Positions 16,392 through 24,861 of a stretch of DNA of 39,251 nucleotides are shown here, one piece after another. Location: positions 1 to 39,251 of IMG/VR virus record IMGVR_UViG_3300045988_063349; one strand, written 5' to 3'. The notes beneath the pieces are model-generated. The model was not told where the DNA came from and ran no database searches. It saw only the letters and a program-made list of their open reading frames with translations. This DNA is from a virus. How positions within the stretch are numbered: position 1 is the stretch's first letter; each line of letters starts with the position of its first letter. Position numbers and translations under genes: made by a program.

Positions 16392-16744
16392 GTGAGTGTC
16401 CATTCCTCGGCAGTTACTATAGACATTTGCGGCATTGCAGCGGATGCCGCTGCCGGTGTCTGCTTATCGTCTCCGTCAGAGGTTGCGCGGAACACCTTGC
16501 CATCTTTGACGCGTCGGAACACGTCATGATACTCCAACTTTGTAGCCGTCGGAGTAGTCACGGTATACGCAGATGTGACACCCTGCGCCTGCGCCCTGCG
16601 TGCCTCGATGCTCGTTGAGAACTCGATTGTTGCCTTAAAGTGCGCGCCGTCCTCCCATTGAGTAGTCCAGCCGCCTTCCGGATCGGCAACCTTGTGTTTT
16701 TCCACAAGAACGCATTCCTCTAAAAATGCATCGTATAAACTCAT
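16388..16744 (-). CDS. Head closure / head-tail adaptor protein
   Basis: Synteny. ATG 16744 overlaps the upstream stop. Confidence 0.55.
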   Translation of the reverse strand: MSLYDAFLEECVLVEKHKVADPEGGWTTQWEDGAHFKATIEFSTSIEARRAQAQGVTSAYTVTTPTATKLEYHDVFRRVKDGKVFRATSDGDDKQTPAAASAAMPQMSIVTAEEWTLT

Positions 16745-17157
16745 AGACACCTCCACGCTTTCAGCCGCGCCGCAAATGCTGTCTGCCAGCTGTAAGCGGT
16801 TCCGTCTGCGTTTGTCGCTTTAGAGTAAGTGTAGCCTGCAAAGCTCTCGGAGGTGTACGGACTTGCCAATTTGTCAGCATTTGCCGACTGCCAAGCCTCG
16901 ATTTCCTCCGTCAGCTTTAACAGCGAGACGGGCACGCACATCGGATAGACCGCCCCGAAAAAAGTCTCATCGACTAAATCGTAAGAGGGATAGCGATATA
17001 TGCCATCGTTAAGAGCAGAGCCGACGATCCGGTAATACTGCCCGTCTTTGACGTTTGACAGCTCAATCGCACCGCCGGTAATCTCAAAATCACCAACTCT
17101 AGCATTTTGCATATCCTCAAAGTAGTTGTGTAAATATGCGCAAACCTCGTCAAGCAT
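16741..17157 (-). CDS. Head-tail connector protein
   Basis: Synteny directly after the major capsid gene. Confidence 0.5.
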   Translation of the reverse strand: MLDEVCAYLHNYFEDMQNARVGDFEITGGAIELSNVKDGQYYRIVGSALNDGIYRYPSYDLVDETFFGAVYPMCVPVSLLKLTEEIEAWQSANADKLASPYTSESFAGYTYSKATNADGTAYSWQTAFAARLKAWRCL

Positions 17158-17165
17158 TATTTACC

Positions 17166-18059
17166 TCACTTAGATACAACCTCAGTCGCCGAGATGGTCT
17201 CTACGCAGATAGCGTCAAGATACTCAGCAAACAGCGTCAAGCCGGTAATGGCAAAGACCTCGGAGACCGCAGTGCTGTAGTTGCCCTGCGTATGGAAACC
17301 AATCAACGGAGTCTCGCCCCAGGTGGTGTACGACAATCCAGCCTTGCTGAAATCGCTGTCAGCTGGGTCAACGTAGTATAGCACAATGTTGTTTACAGGT
17401 GTTGCAATGATGGTACCTTCTGCAATCTCGTTGGAACCGAGAATAAACACGGTATCATAGCCCATAAAGTCCTTAATGTACTGAAAACCGAACTGATTCT
17501 GAATAGTAATGTCCGCAGTGCCGAGATACTTATGCACGTCCAGAACATTAACAAATGCGACTACGCCAGTGACGGAACGGTGCATCGACTTAAACTTGTC
17601 AATGACCTTGCCGCGCGCCATTGCGAGCGCCATCTGAAACGTTGCCTGCTTGTCCTTAAGCGAACCAGTCTTAAGGTAGTCGTAAAACTTTTTGGTGACC
17701 TTCTCCTGCAACTCATAGCGGAACTCGTCGTCGGTCATCTGTACCGCTACGTCATAACCGTAAGCTTCGATTGCTTCCAGCGTGACAGCCTTGGCGTACT
17801 TAGAAATCTCGATTGTGCCATATTCTTCCTCGGTCACGGTAAACTGAGAATACGGGATAACCGCGCCCTCTGCGACCGTTCCTGTGCCCAGCGTGCCGCT
17901 TGCCTTCTTGGACTTAAGGACAGTGCCAGGCGCCTTTCGGATAACTCTCAGGGTTCCTAGAATCTCCTGCAAGTGCTCCCAGTTGCGCTGAAACTGCGTG
18001 ACAAAATCAATCTCTCTTGCAGTCGCGGTAATGTTCGCCTTTTTTACTTCGTTTGCCAT
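17166..18059 (-). CDS. Major capsid protein (297 aa)
   Basis: Size and position after the scaffold gene; SPP1 gp13-like sequence character (recalled). Confidence 0.8.
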   Translation of the reverse strand: MANEVKKANITATAREIDFVTQFQRNWEHLQEILGTLRVIRKAPGTVLKSKKASGTLGTGTVAEGAVIPYSQFTVTEEEYGTIEISKYAKAVTLEAIEAYGYDVAVQMTDDEFRYELQEKVTKKFYDYLKTGSLKDKQATFQMALAMARGKVIDKFKSMHRSVTGVVAFVNVLDVHKYLGTADITIQNQFGFQYIKDFMGYDTVFILGSNEIAEGTIIATPVNNIVLYYVDPADSDFSKAGLSYTTWGETPLIGFHTQGNYSTAVSEVFAITGLTLFAEYLDAICVETISATEVVSK

Positions 18060-18067
18060 AAAGCTAT

Positions 18068-18616
18068 TTATTCGTCCTTTCCTTCGTTTTCAAGGTAATC
18101 GCTCCAAGCCGATTGCCGCTTGCCTGCGTCCTTGATCTCCGTGATTTTTTCGGGCGTCATGACCTTGCCGCCGTCGTGTGGCTTCGGCGGATGCGCCACG
18201 TTCGCGCCCTGTTCGTGTGTTTTCTCAACAAAGTCCGCCCATTCCGATTTCGCATTTGCGATAAAAGCATCTGCGTCCTTTACCTTGCCGCCGTCAATCT
18301 CGATGCCGTCAAGGTCTGTCAATCGTGCAATGTTGTCGATATACTTTGCAGAGATTCCCGCGCTTTTCAGCGCGTTTTTTACGGCAGTTGCCTTTGCCGC
18401 TCTTGCTGCCTTCGCGCTCTCTTGCTGCTTGTAAGTCTCAAACTGCTGCTTTAAATCATCGAGCGCCTGCGTGAGCTTTGTGTCATTTGCTTTAGTCTCC
18501 TGCTCTCGCTGTCGGATGTCGTTGAGATCGTCCATGTGCATGTCGCACAACTTGTCAATTACATCCTTTTCAAGACCCATCGCCTCAAGATTCTTTCGCG
18601 TAAAATTATTAGGCAT
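18068..18616 (-). CDS. Scaffolding protein (DUF4355-like)
   Basis: Charged coiled-coil protein upstream of the capsid gene. Confidence 0.75.
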   Translation of the reverse strand: MPNNFTRKNLEAMGLEKDVIDKLCDMHMDDLNDIRQREQETKANDTKLTQALDDLKQQFETYKQQESAKAARAAKATAVKNALKSAGISAKYIDNIARLTDLDGIEIDGGKVKDADAFIANAKSEWADFVEKTHEQGANVAHPPKPHDGGKVMTPEKITEIKDAGKRQSAWSDYLENEGKDE

Positions 18617-18682
18617 TATGCTATTTCTCCTTTGCTTCGTCCGCAGTGCTTTGCGACTAGAAATATCTTTGTAAAAAACAAA

Positions 18683-18725
18683 GAGCCGAGCACACTACTA
18701 AATGTAATGTGTTCGGCTCAAGGCT
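18683..18725 (-). terminator. Intrinsic terminator inside the head module
   Basis: Minus strand GAGCCGAACACA-loop-GTGTGCTCGGCTC followed by TTTGTTTTTT. Confidence 0.55.
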
Positions 18726-18736
18726 CTTTTTGTGTT

Positions 18737-18856
18737 TTATAACCTCATAAGCTGCTCTCTTTTGCACTTTTTGCACCACAGTGCAACTCTACCAGATGCA
18801 TCGTAGTTCTTGCCCAGCAGCTTTCCGCATGTCGGGCATACAATGATACTAACCAT
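18737..18856 (-). CDS. Com-like zinc-ribbon protein (39 aa), below the ORF-track cutoff
   Basis: Hand translation MVSIIVCPTCGKLLGKNYDASGRVALWCKKCKREQLMRL. CxxCxKLL...CxxCK resembles Mu Com (recalled). ATG shares one base with the upstream stop (TGATG). Confidence 0.5.
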   Translation of the reverse strand: MVSIIVCPTCGKLLGKNYDASGRVALWCKKCKREQLMRL

Positions 18857-19266
18857 CATTTACCTCCAAGCTCGTCCTTTATGATTGCCTGATATGTCTT
18901 GATGTTGTTTTGCAACGCTGGCTTTAAAAACGGCTGCGCACGCTGACCGTGCGTGTAATGCCAGTTGCCTTTGTCATCTTTATACACCCACGGCGTGTTT
19001 CTGCCGCCCGCTGCGTACTTGCCCGTGCCGAACTCGACGTACTTTGCATATTTTACGTCAGAGCCGACGTCTACCGATCTGTCATCGACGCGTACTATAT
19101 GCGTCATGCTGCTTCTCAACCTGCCGGTCACCGGCGACGGCGTCAGGTCTGCCGCGAATCCTTCCGCTGCGCTACCTACACGCTCAAGAGCGGCAGCAAC
19201 AGCATCGTCTAAATTGTCGCCTGCGTAATCGTCAAAGTTTGCATTTAGAGTAATCTCGATGCTCAT
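18856..19266 (-). CDS. HK97 gp10-family protein
   Basis: KYAKYVEFGTGK...QPFLKPAL motifs typical of the gp10 family. Confidence 0.65.
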   Translation of the reverse strand: MSIEITLNANFDDYAGDNLDDAVAAALERVGSAAEGFAADLTPSPVTGRLRSSMTHIVRVDDRSVDVGSDVKYAKYVEFGTGKYAAGGRNTPWVYKDDKGNWHYTHGQRAQPFLKPALQNNIKTYQAIIKDELGGK

Positions 19267-20324
19267 GTCCGTGCCCTCTCCTGCTGCTTAACCCACTCCA
19301 GCCAGTCATCATAGTTGTTTGCTGTGATGATTTCGTTTCTGCCCGTCGCCGGATTCCTGACGCGCATTTGCCGCTTTTCCGGCTCGATGCCTGCCTTTTC
19401 GACCGTCACGACACGGCAGCGACAGTTATATAAATCTGCCGGTTTTGCTCCGTGTCTGTTGTCGCCCGGAGCGGACAAATATCCGCCCAGCGGACTCTTA
19501 AACAGCTCGTCAGCATTTACCACTTTGCCATCCAGCCGCTGGTGACTGTATCGCGTCCGCTTGTCTTTTGTGCACACCCAGCGCTTGCGGTACTTGATGC
19601 CAAGCTTCTGCGCTTTTGTCATCGTGTCCAGCCTTCCCGCGTTTTCCGCTGCCGTCACCGCTGTGCGTGCTGCGCGTCTTGCGGAAGCATCCGACATAGT
19701 GACGATGCGGCTTTGTAGAGCCTTGCGCATAGTCGATATGTCGTGCCCTTGTATGATTGATTGTGTGATTTGCGCTGTGATTTGCTTTTTAGTCCACGAC
19801 AGGTCAATGCCGCGCTTTAACGCAAGCCGCTGTGGATACCGCGGCATCAGGTTAAGCTCCTGATTTTTAATAAGCCGCCTGACTGTTGCCTCGTCCCATA
19901 GCTCAAAATCTGTTCCGGCGCTGTATTTGCCGCGTGAGAGTAAGTCCATTGTAAAGGCTGTAAAGTTGCGGTTGCTTGCGTAAATCGTTGCTATGCGGTC
20001 GTTTGTGTACTCTATCGCTATCTCATGCGCATTTGCAACAGCAACGGCACATTTATCTTGCAGCGTGATTAAATGTTGCCCTCGCAGGTATTGATTTAAC
20101 CGCCACCGCCGGTAATACTCTTCCGGCGTCATGTCCGCCGGAACGGGATATGTGCCAGCAGCAATCGCCGCCTGCATCTCTGCATCTCGCTCTGCAAACC
20201 TTGCAAAATACTGCTCAATGTCCTGCTTTAACGATTTGCCGCAGTCTGTAAATATCTTGTGCACCCTGCGCTCGATAATCTCAAGCTCTTTATCTGCGCG
20301 CTCTCTGCCGATGTCTCGCATCAC
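19263..20324 (-). CDS. Head morphogenesis protein (SPP1 gp7 / Mu F-like)
   Basis: Follows the portal gene; ADLYNCRCRVV motif. Confidence 0.8.
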   Translation of the reverse strand: MMRDIGRERADKELEIIERRVHKIFTDCGKSLKQDIEQYFARFAERDAEMQAAIAAGTYPVPADMTPEEYYRRWRLNQYLRGQHLITLQDKCAVAVANAHEIAIEYTNDRIATIYASNRNFTAFTMDLLSRGKYSAGTDFELWDEATVRRLIKNQELNLMPRYPQRLALKRGIDLSWTKKQITAQITQSIIQGHDISTMRKALQSRIVTMSDASARRAARTAVTAAENAGRLDTMTKAQKLGIKYRKRWVCTKDKRTRYSHQRLDGKVVNADELFKSPLGGYLSAPGDNRHGAKPADLYNCRCRVVTVEKAGIEPEKRQMRVRNPATGRNEIITANNYDDWLEWVKQQERART

Positions 20325-21688
20325 TCAATGTCCTCTGTGTCCTCCTGCGTGTCCGGTACATCTGTCACACGCGTCATCTCTTCGGCGTCCAGCTCTTGCA
20401 GCACATTATCCAAGCTGTCTGTGTCTCCGAGGATTGACAGAATGCGAGACACAAGGTAGTCGCGCGGAAGGTACTGCGCCGACAGCATCAGGGTCTGCAT
20501 CGACTCCTGCGCGTTGGCTACCGTCGAGCGCTCAAAGTGATACTCGCCGCTGACGCCTGCAAACTGCATCAGCTGGTCAAGGCACTCGCGCACCTGCGTC
20601 TCAAACAGGTCTGTCTTTTGATTTAACGGCTCATAAGCCGACCGGATTTGTGTCGCTGTCACGCTACCGGCCTGAATTGTAGACGTCCGCAACGCCATCG
20701 CATCGCGGTATAAATTATCCTCGAGCATGTTGATGATTGCTTGATTTGCCTCGAAGGCAATGTCCGGCGACATCGTGTCAACGGACTGGTCATCATCAAC
20801 AGCCGCGCCGCCGACGCGCTCTATCCGGCTCATGACCTCTCTAAACTTTTCCTCTCCGCTGCTGCCCATCGCGCCGCGGAGGATGAAAAGAATCTGCCGT
20901 GTGTCTTTGACCGTGTTTGCAAATCCGTTTGTCAACAGGTCAACTGCGTCAATCGTGTCACGCAATCCGCTGAGCCCCGTCTTTTTGTTTGCATTTGCCC
21001 ATAACGGGACAATCGGAAAACCATCGTAATTTCTGCCATCGCGAATCTCCGTGTCAATAGCTGTCTGCACAACAGTTTTAACATAAGGCTGTTTATCGAC
21101 CAGCAGCACAACTCCTGCGCCGTCGTTCCGGTCGATGTACTCAGAGTAACCGTCATCCTCATACAGCGTGATTCGCAGCGGCTTCTCCGGCGTCAGTCGC
21201 CAGTATCGTACACCGGCTCTCAATGCACCGGTGTCCTCGTCCCACAACGGCACGAACTCCAGCGCGTCAAATATCTCTACGTGATCAAGATTCCAAAATG
21301 CGTAACTGACCGCCCCGCACTGTGCTTTAATCGCCGCTTTAATCAGCTGCTTATCAATGTCTCCCAGCTTTTCCTTTTCCGCTGTATCCATCTGGATTCC
21401 GTTGCCTAAAAGGTACAAAACCAGCTGATTGACAAAATACGGAAACATTTTGTTGCGCATCCGGAAATTGCTTGCGCTGTCATCGCGCTTGCGATTGCCA
21501 AATTTATCAACGTAGTATTTTACCACATTGCTGATTGTCTCATTGTCTCCGTCGTAATATCTGACGCCCGAGCGCGCCGCTCGATACGCGGGCGAACTCT
21601 CATGTGCTGAGATGCACGACCTTAAAAAATTTGTCTTTGCCGTCTCATTGTCCTTGACCGGCAAATAGTCTTGATATGTTGCTATCAT
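20321..21688 (-). CDS. Portal protein (SPP1 gp6-like)
   Basis: 455 aa with an acidic C-terminus; lies in the packaging module. Confidence 0.85.
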   Translation of the reverse strand: MIATYQDYLPVKDNETAKTNFLRSCISAHESSPAYRAARSGVRYYDGDNETISNVVKYYVDKFGNRKRDDSASNFRMRNKMFPYFVNQLVLYLLGNGIQMDTAEKEKLGDIDKQLIKAAIKAQCGAVSYAFWNLDHVEIFDALEFVPLWDEDTGALRAGVRYWRLTPEKPLRITLYEDDGYSEYIDRNDGAGVVLLVDKQPYVKTVVQTAIDTEIRDGRNYDGFPIVPLWANANKKTGLSGLRDTIDAVDLLTNGFANTVKDTRQILFILRGAMGSSGEEKFREVMSRIERVGGAAVDDDQSVDTMSPDIAFEANQAIINMLEDNLYRDAMALRTSTIQAGSVTATQIRSAYEPLNQKTDLFETQVRECLDQLMQFAGVSGEYHFERSTVANAQESMQTLMLSAQYLPRDYLVSRILSILGDTDSLDNVLQELDAEEMTRVTDVPDTQEDTEDIE

Positions 21689-22488
21689 CCGCCTAACCCC
21701 GCGATAATTTCGCGCTCTCTATCACTCAGCTCCCACACGGTTGCTGCCGCTTTTTCTGCTGCCGCTTTTTCTGCTGCCGCTTTTTCTGCTGCCGCTTTTT
21801 CTGCTGCCGCTTTTTCTGCTGCCGCTTTTTCCGACAGCAGCAGCCCGCCGCCATAAACCGTCTTGTTTTTTTGCTTTTGAGCATCTAATGCGCGGATAAA
21901 AGTGCAGTCTGCGTAGTCTAGTTTGTAATCTACGCCGTGTTTGCTAAATGCGTTCATCATCGCCGCGCTCATCACATGTCGCGGGTACTCATATCGCGGT
22001 ACAGTCTTTTTTGAGTTGTTGTTTGCTGCGCCGATCCTCTTTCTCAATTCCGGAGCCGAGACCGCCATGCGCCCGCGCTTTTCCAAATTTGTCACAAACG
22101 AGGTATTTACTACAACGCCGTTGTCATAAATCACCTGCGCATTTGCGCAGACCGCACAGATTGCAAACTCTTCAAACCACGGTTTAAACACCGTCAGCGC
22201 GGGGGAAAACAGAAAGAAGCCGATTCCTTTTTTTGCATAAAACTTTTGAATCTCTGCCAGCTTGGAAAACGGCGGATTGTCAACAACGACCGCGTCCGGT
22301 GCGTACTCAAACGCCTGATAATCTCCATTTGGCACAAATGGTCTAACAAAATTGTCAGGGTTTAGATTATACTCTTTCGCCACCCAATCCGCCACAACGT
22401 CATAAATCGCGGGCGGCGTATAGCAATCGTCTGTTGTGTGCCTCTCTTCAAATTTGCTGATAAATTCGTAATACTCTTTGCTATTCAT
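21685..22488 (-). CDS. DNA N6-adenine methyltransferase with a C-terminal (AEKAA)n helical repeat
   Basis: DDCYTPP and VVVDNPPFS motifs (phage Dam-like order). Overlaps both TerL and portal by 4 nt. Confidence 0.6.
   Translation of the reverse strand: MNSKEYYEFISKFEERHTTDDCYTPPAIYDVVADWVAKEYNLNPDNFVRPFVPNGDYQAFEYAPDAVVVDNPPFSKLAEIQKFYAKKGIGFFLFSPALTVFKPWFEEFAICAVCANAQVIYDNGVVVNTSFVTNLEKRGRMAVSAPELRKRIGAANNNSKKTVPRYEYPRHVMSAAMMNAFSKHGVDYKLDYADCTFIRALDAQKQKNKTVYGGGLLLSEKAAAEKAAAEKAAAEKAAAEKAAAEKAAATVWELSDREREIIAGLGG
21743..21832. repeat. Perfect 15-bp tandem repeat, 6 copies (GCTGCCGCTTTTTCT; last copy has 1 mismatch)
   Basis: Read directly; encodes EKAAA x5-6 in the methyltransferase. Confidence 0.95.
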
Positions 22489-23729
22489 AAATCAAACATC
22501 TTTCGCAATACAGTCCATGCAAAATACCTCAATGCGTCCATGCAGTGATCGTTCTCTTTGATTACCGCATCCGTGCTTTTTTTTGAGTCCCAGCTGTAAG
22601 CCCCGAACTCGCGAATAGTATTTTTACATGACCTGTGTATTTTTATCTTACCCGATTTGAGCCCCGCAGCTGTCCCGCGGATGCCGTCTAACACATCGTT
22701 TTTGGCATCCTTGACCGCAAACTTTGTGTTGCTCCTCAACTCAGCTTTAAACGATGCCGCCGACGGATCGAGCACTATAAAATCAATCTTGTGCTCGCCT
22801 GCCAGCTTGACCACCTCGTCGCGGTACTCTGCATCCGTCTTTGTAAAAGCTGCACGTTCGTCCGCGTTCCGCGCGTCTTTTTTTGCATCGCGCCCGGAGA
22901 AGTAGTACTCATTTATACATACTGCGCGTTCCGGCGTTACTGACCACAGCAGCGCGGCGAACGGGTTGTTAGTGCCGTAATCAATGCTGATATAGTACCG
23001 GCTGCCAGCTGGTCGCTCGTCCGTGATGCAGTCATCATTAAAAAAGTCGTATACAAGACCCTCAGCCAGCACCCAAAGCCCTTGGATATATCGCTTATAA
23101 AACACGCCGCTGTACATGCTCTCGTATCGTTTTACGATCTTGTCAGATAGCGACGGGTTGTCTGACAGCAGAAAATGTAAATGTAACGCATTCCGCTCTT
23201 TGCACTTATCAATCCAGCCGGTTTTAAACCAGTGGTTTGGCGCCGCCGGATTGCAATTAAACCACATCTTTGAGCCGTCCACAGAGCAGCGTGATGTTGC
23301 CTGATTTACAAACGATTCCGGCATTAATGCAACCTCGTCTAAGAGTATGCCTGCCAGCGTGCGTCCTTGTATCAGCTGATAAGACGCCTCGTCTTTGCCC
23401 CCGAACACCTCAAACACATTCGCGCGCCGTCCGTCTCTTGTCGAGACCTCAAGCACCTTCTCCTGCGTTTTCCAAACGATTTTGTATTTGTGCCGAAACT
23501 TTTTAATGCCCATCCACGGCACAATCAAGTTCTTTTTCGCACTGTCGACGGTCTTGCCGCATATACCAAATCGCTGATTGTTAAACCGGCGCATTGCATC
23601 CTCGATAAAAGCAATCATCATCCAGCTGGTTTTTCCGGATCGGATTGCTCCGTCACAGATTAAGGCATCGTAGCTTGTAAACGGGAAAGCAAGGATTTGC
23701 AGCTGCTTCTCACCGATCGGCATCTGCAT
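22485..23729 (-). CDS. terL: Terminase large subunit
   Basis: Walker A DGAIRSGKTS, PBSX-type TerL character, 414 aa. Confidence 0.9.
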   Translation of the reverse strand: MQMPIGEKQLQILAFPFTSYDALICDGAIRSGKTSWMMIAFIEDAMRRFNNQRFGICGKTVDSAKKNLIVPWMGIKKFRHKYKIVWKTQEKVLEVSTRDGRRANVFEVFGGKDEASYQLIQGRTLAGILLDEVALMPESFVNQATSRCSVDGSKMWFNCNPAAPNHWFKTGWIDKCKERNALHLHFLLSDNPSLSDKIVKRYESMYSGVFYKRYIQGLWVLAEGLVYDFFNDDCITDERPAGSRYYISIDYGTNNPFAALLWSVTPERAVCINEYYFSGRDAKKDARNADERAAFTKTDAEYRDEVVKLAGEHKIDFIVLDPSAASFKAELRSNTKFAVKDAKNDVLDGIRGTAAGLKSGKIKIHRSCKNTIREFGAYSWDSKKSTDAVIKENDHCMDALRYFAWTVLRKMFDL

Positions 23730-24180
23730 TCCCTCTGTCCAGTTTGTCAGCTATCTCATTAAGCGCCTTGGTCAGCGGATCATCATCTTCTGCCATTCCT
23801 GCAATGCTTGATACGCCGCTGGTAGACATTTCGGTATAAATCTGCTGCAGCCGTCTGAGGTCTCCGGTTTCCACCTCTTCAATCGGCAGTTCGTTTGCAA
23901 GGCTTTGCAGCTTCTTCTCTGCGATCTTCCAAATCAGTGTTTCACAATCTGCTTTCACGTTTGCCGCTTCGGCGGCTATATCTGCTCGCCTTTTGCTCGC
24001 CTTTTGTTTGCATTCGTTCGCAGTTTCCTGCATTTGTCGCTCTCTCTGCTCTACCCAATGTTCCTTGCTTGCCTTGTTAGCAATCGTCGATTTGTGTACG
24101 CCGTATTTTTTCGCAAGGCTTGAGTAGCTTCCGTTACCGGCTATGTATTCTGTTTTTATAGATAACCAGTCAACGGACAT
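23710..24180 (-). CDS. terS: Terminase small subunit
   Basis: ATG 24180 after GAGGTG. N-terminal HTH (YSSLAKKYGVHKSTIANK). Directly upstream of terL. Confidence 0.65.
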   Translation of the reverse strand: MSVDWLSIKTEYIAGNGSYSSLAKKYGVHKSTIANKASKEHWVEQRERQMQETANECKQKASKRRADIAAEAANVKADCETLIWKIAEKKLQSLANELPIEEVETGDLRRLQQIYTEMSTSGVSSIAGMAEDDDPLTKALNEIADKLDRGNADADR

Positions 24181-24211
24181 TTTGCACCTCACGCATTATT
24201 GCATATGCAAA

Positions 24212-24245
24212 GAAAGCCTGTAAGTGTGTTTACTTACAGGCTTTC
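24212..24245 (-). terminator. 13-bp hairpin terminator upstream of terS
   Basis: GAAAGCCTGTAAG-N8-CTTACAGGCTTTC followed by TTTG on the minus strand. Confidence 0.55.
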
Positions 24246-24294
24246 CCGACAAGAATAGGGAGAAAAGAGTTGAAATGAAAAAGTAGGTACTTGT

Positions 24295-24364
24295 GACAGT
24301 TTGAGGACTTGAACCTCACCCGACAAGGGCTATACGTTCCCTTGTCAACCACCGTGGAACTGCC
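24295..24364 (-). ncRNA. tRNA-like element (acceptor stem plus canonical T-arm); not a canonical tRNA
   Basis: Minus strand GGCAGTT...TGAGG-TTCAAGT-CCTCA-AACTGTC. There is a 7-bp stem with a 9-nt loop where the anticodon arm would be, and no convincing D-arm. Confidence 0.3.
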
Positions 24365-24365
24365 A

Positions 24366-24398
24366 TGAAAAAGAGCACCCCAAAACCGGAGTGCTCTT
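24366..24398 (-). terminator. Intrinsic terminator after the early/middle operon
   Basis: Minus strand AAGAGCAC-N12-GTGCTCTT followed by TTTC. Confidence 0.6.
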
Positions 24399-24499
24399 CC
24401 CTGTATAACTCAGGAGGCTAGAAACCCTTTCCGGCTCACGTATATTATATCATAATACGCCATTGCCGGTATGTCGAATCTTGTATGTTTACTTTTGAA

Positions 24500-24832
24500 T
24501 TATCTCAATCTTTTTTTTACCTCCCGTGCCGCGAACTCGAGGAAATCTTTGTTTGTCACACGCCCCGTCTCCGGTGACACATAGCACCACTCGTACAGGC
24601 TGTCGCTCGCTTCTGTCAGTGCTCTGTCCACCGAGCAGCGCATCGCACGCTCTACACTCCCGCGCGAAGCAGAATGTGTCTCGTCTGCGATTTTGATATA
24701 CAAATCGCACATACCGCGTCTATATCCGTTTACGCGGTGTGCAATCGCACGCTCCCAAAATTCAAATCCTCTTGTGCTCGGGCGCATACCCGTTTCCATC
24801 AGCATTTCATAAATTACATCGCTTAATATCAT
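24500..24832 (-). CDS. Stand-alone Spo0A C-terminal (DNA-binding) domain-like regulator (110 aa)
   Basis: LYIKIADETHSASRGSVERAMRCSVDRAL and RVTNKDFLEFAAREVKKR parallel B. subtilis Spo0A [28 protein letters not shown] and KPTNSEFIAMVADKLR (from memory). Confidence 0.7.
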   Translation of the reverse strand: MILSDVIYEMLMETGMRPSTRGFEFWERAIAHRVNGYRRGMCDLYIKIADETHSASRGSVERAMRCSVDRALTEASDSLYEWCYVSPETGRVTNKDFLEFAAREVKKRLR

Positions 24833-24861
24833 TTCAAGCTCCTTTCGCGTGTTTGACGCAT

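Noticed and set aside
21671-21856. 61-aa plus-strand ORF encoding (AAFSA)n
   Set aside because: It is an artefact of the 15-bp tandem repeat being open in several frames. The minus-strand methyltransferase frame is continuous with conserved motifs.
24295-24364. Calling the element a functional tRNA gene
   Set aside because: It has no D-arm and a 9-nt loop on a 7-bp stem in place of the anticodon arm. There is no promoter between it and the upstream terminator. It is reported only as a low-confidence tRNA-like element.
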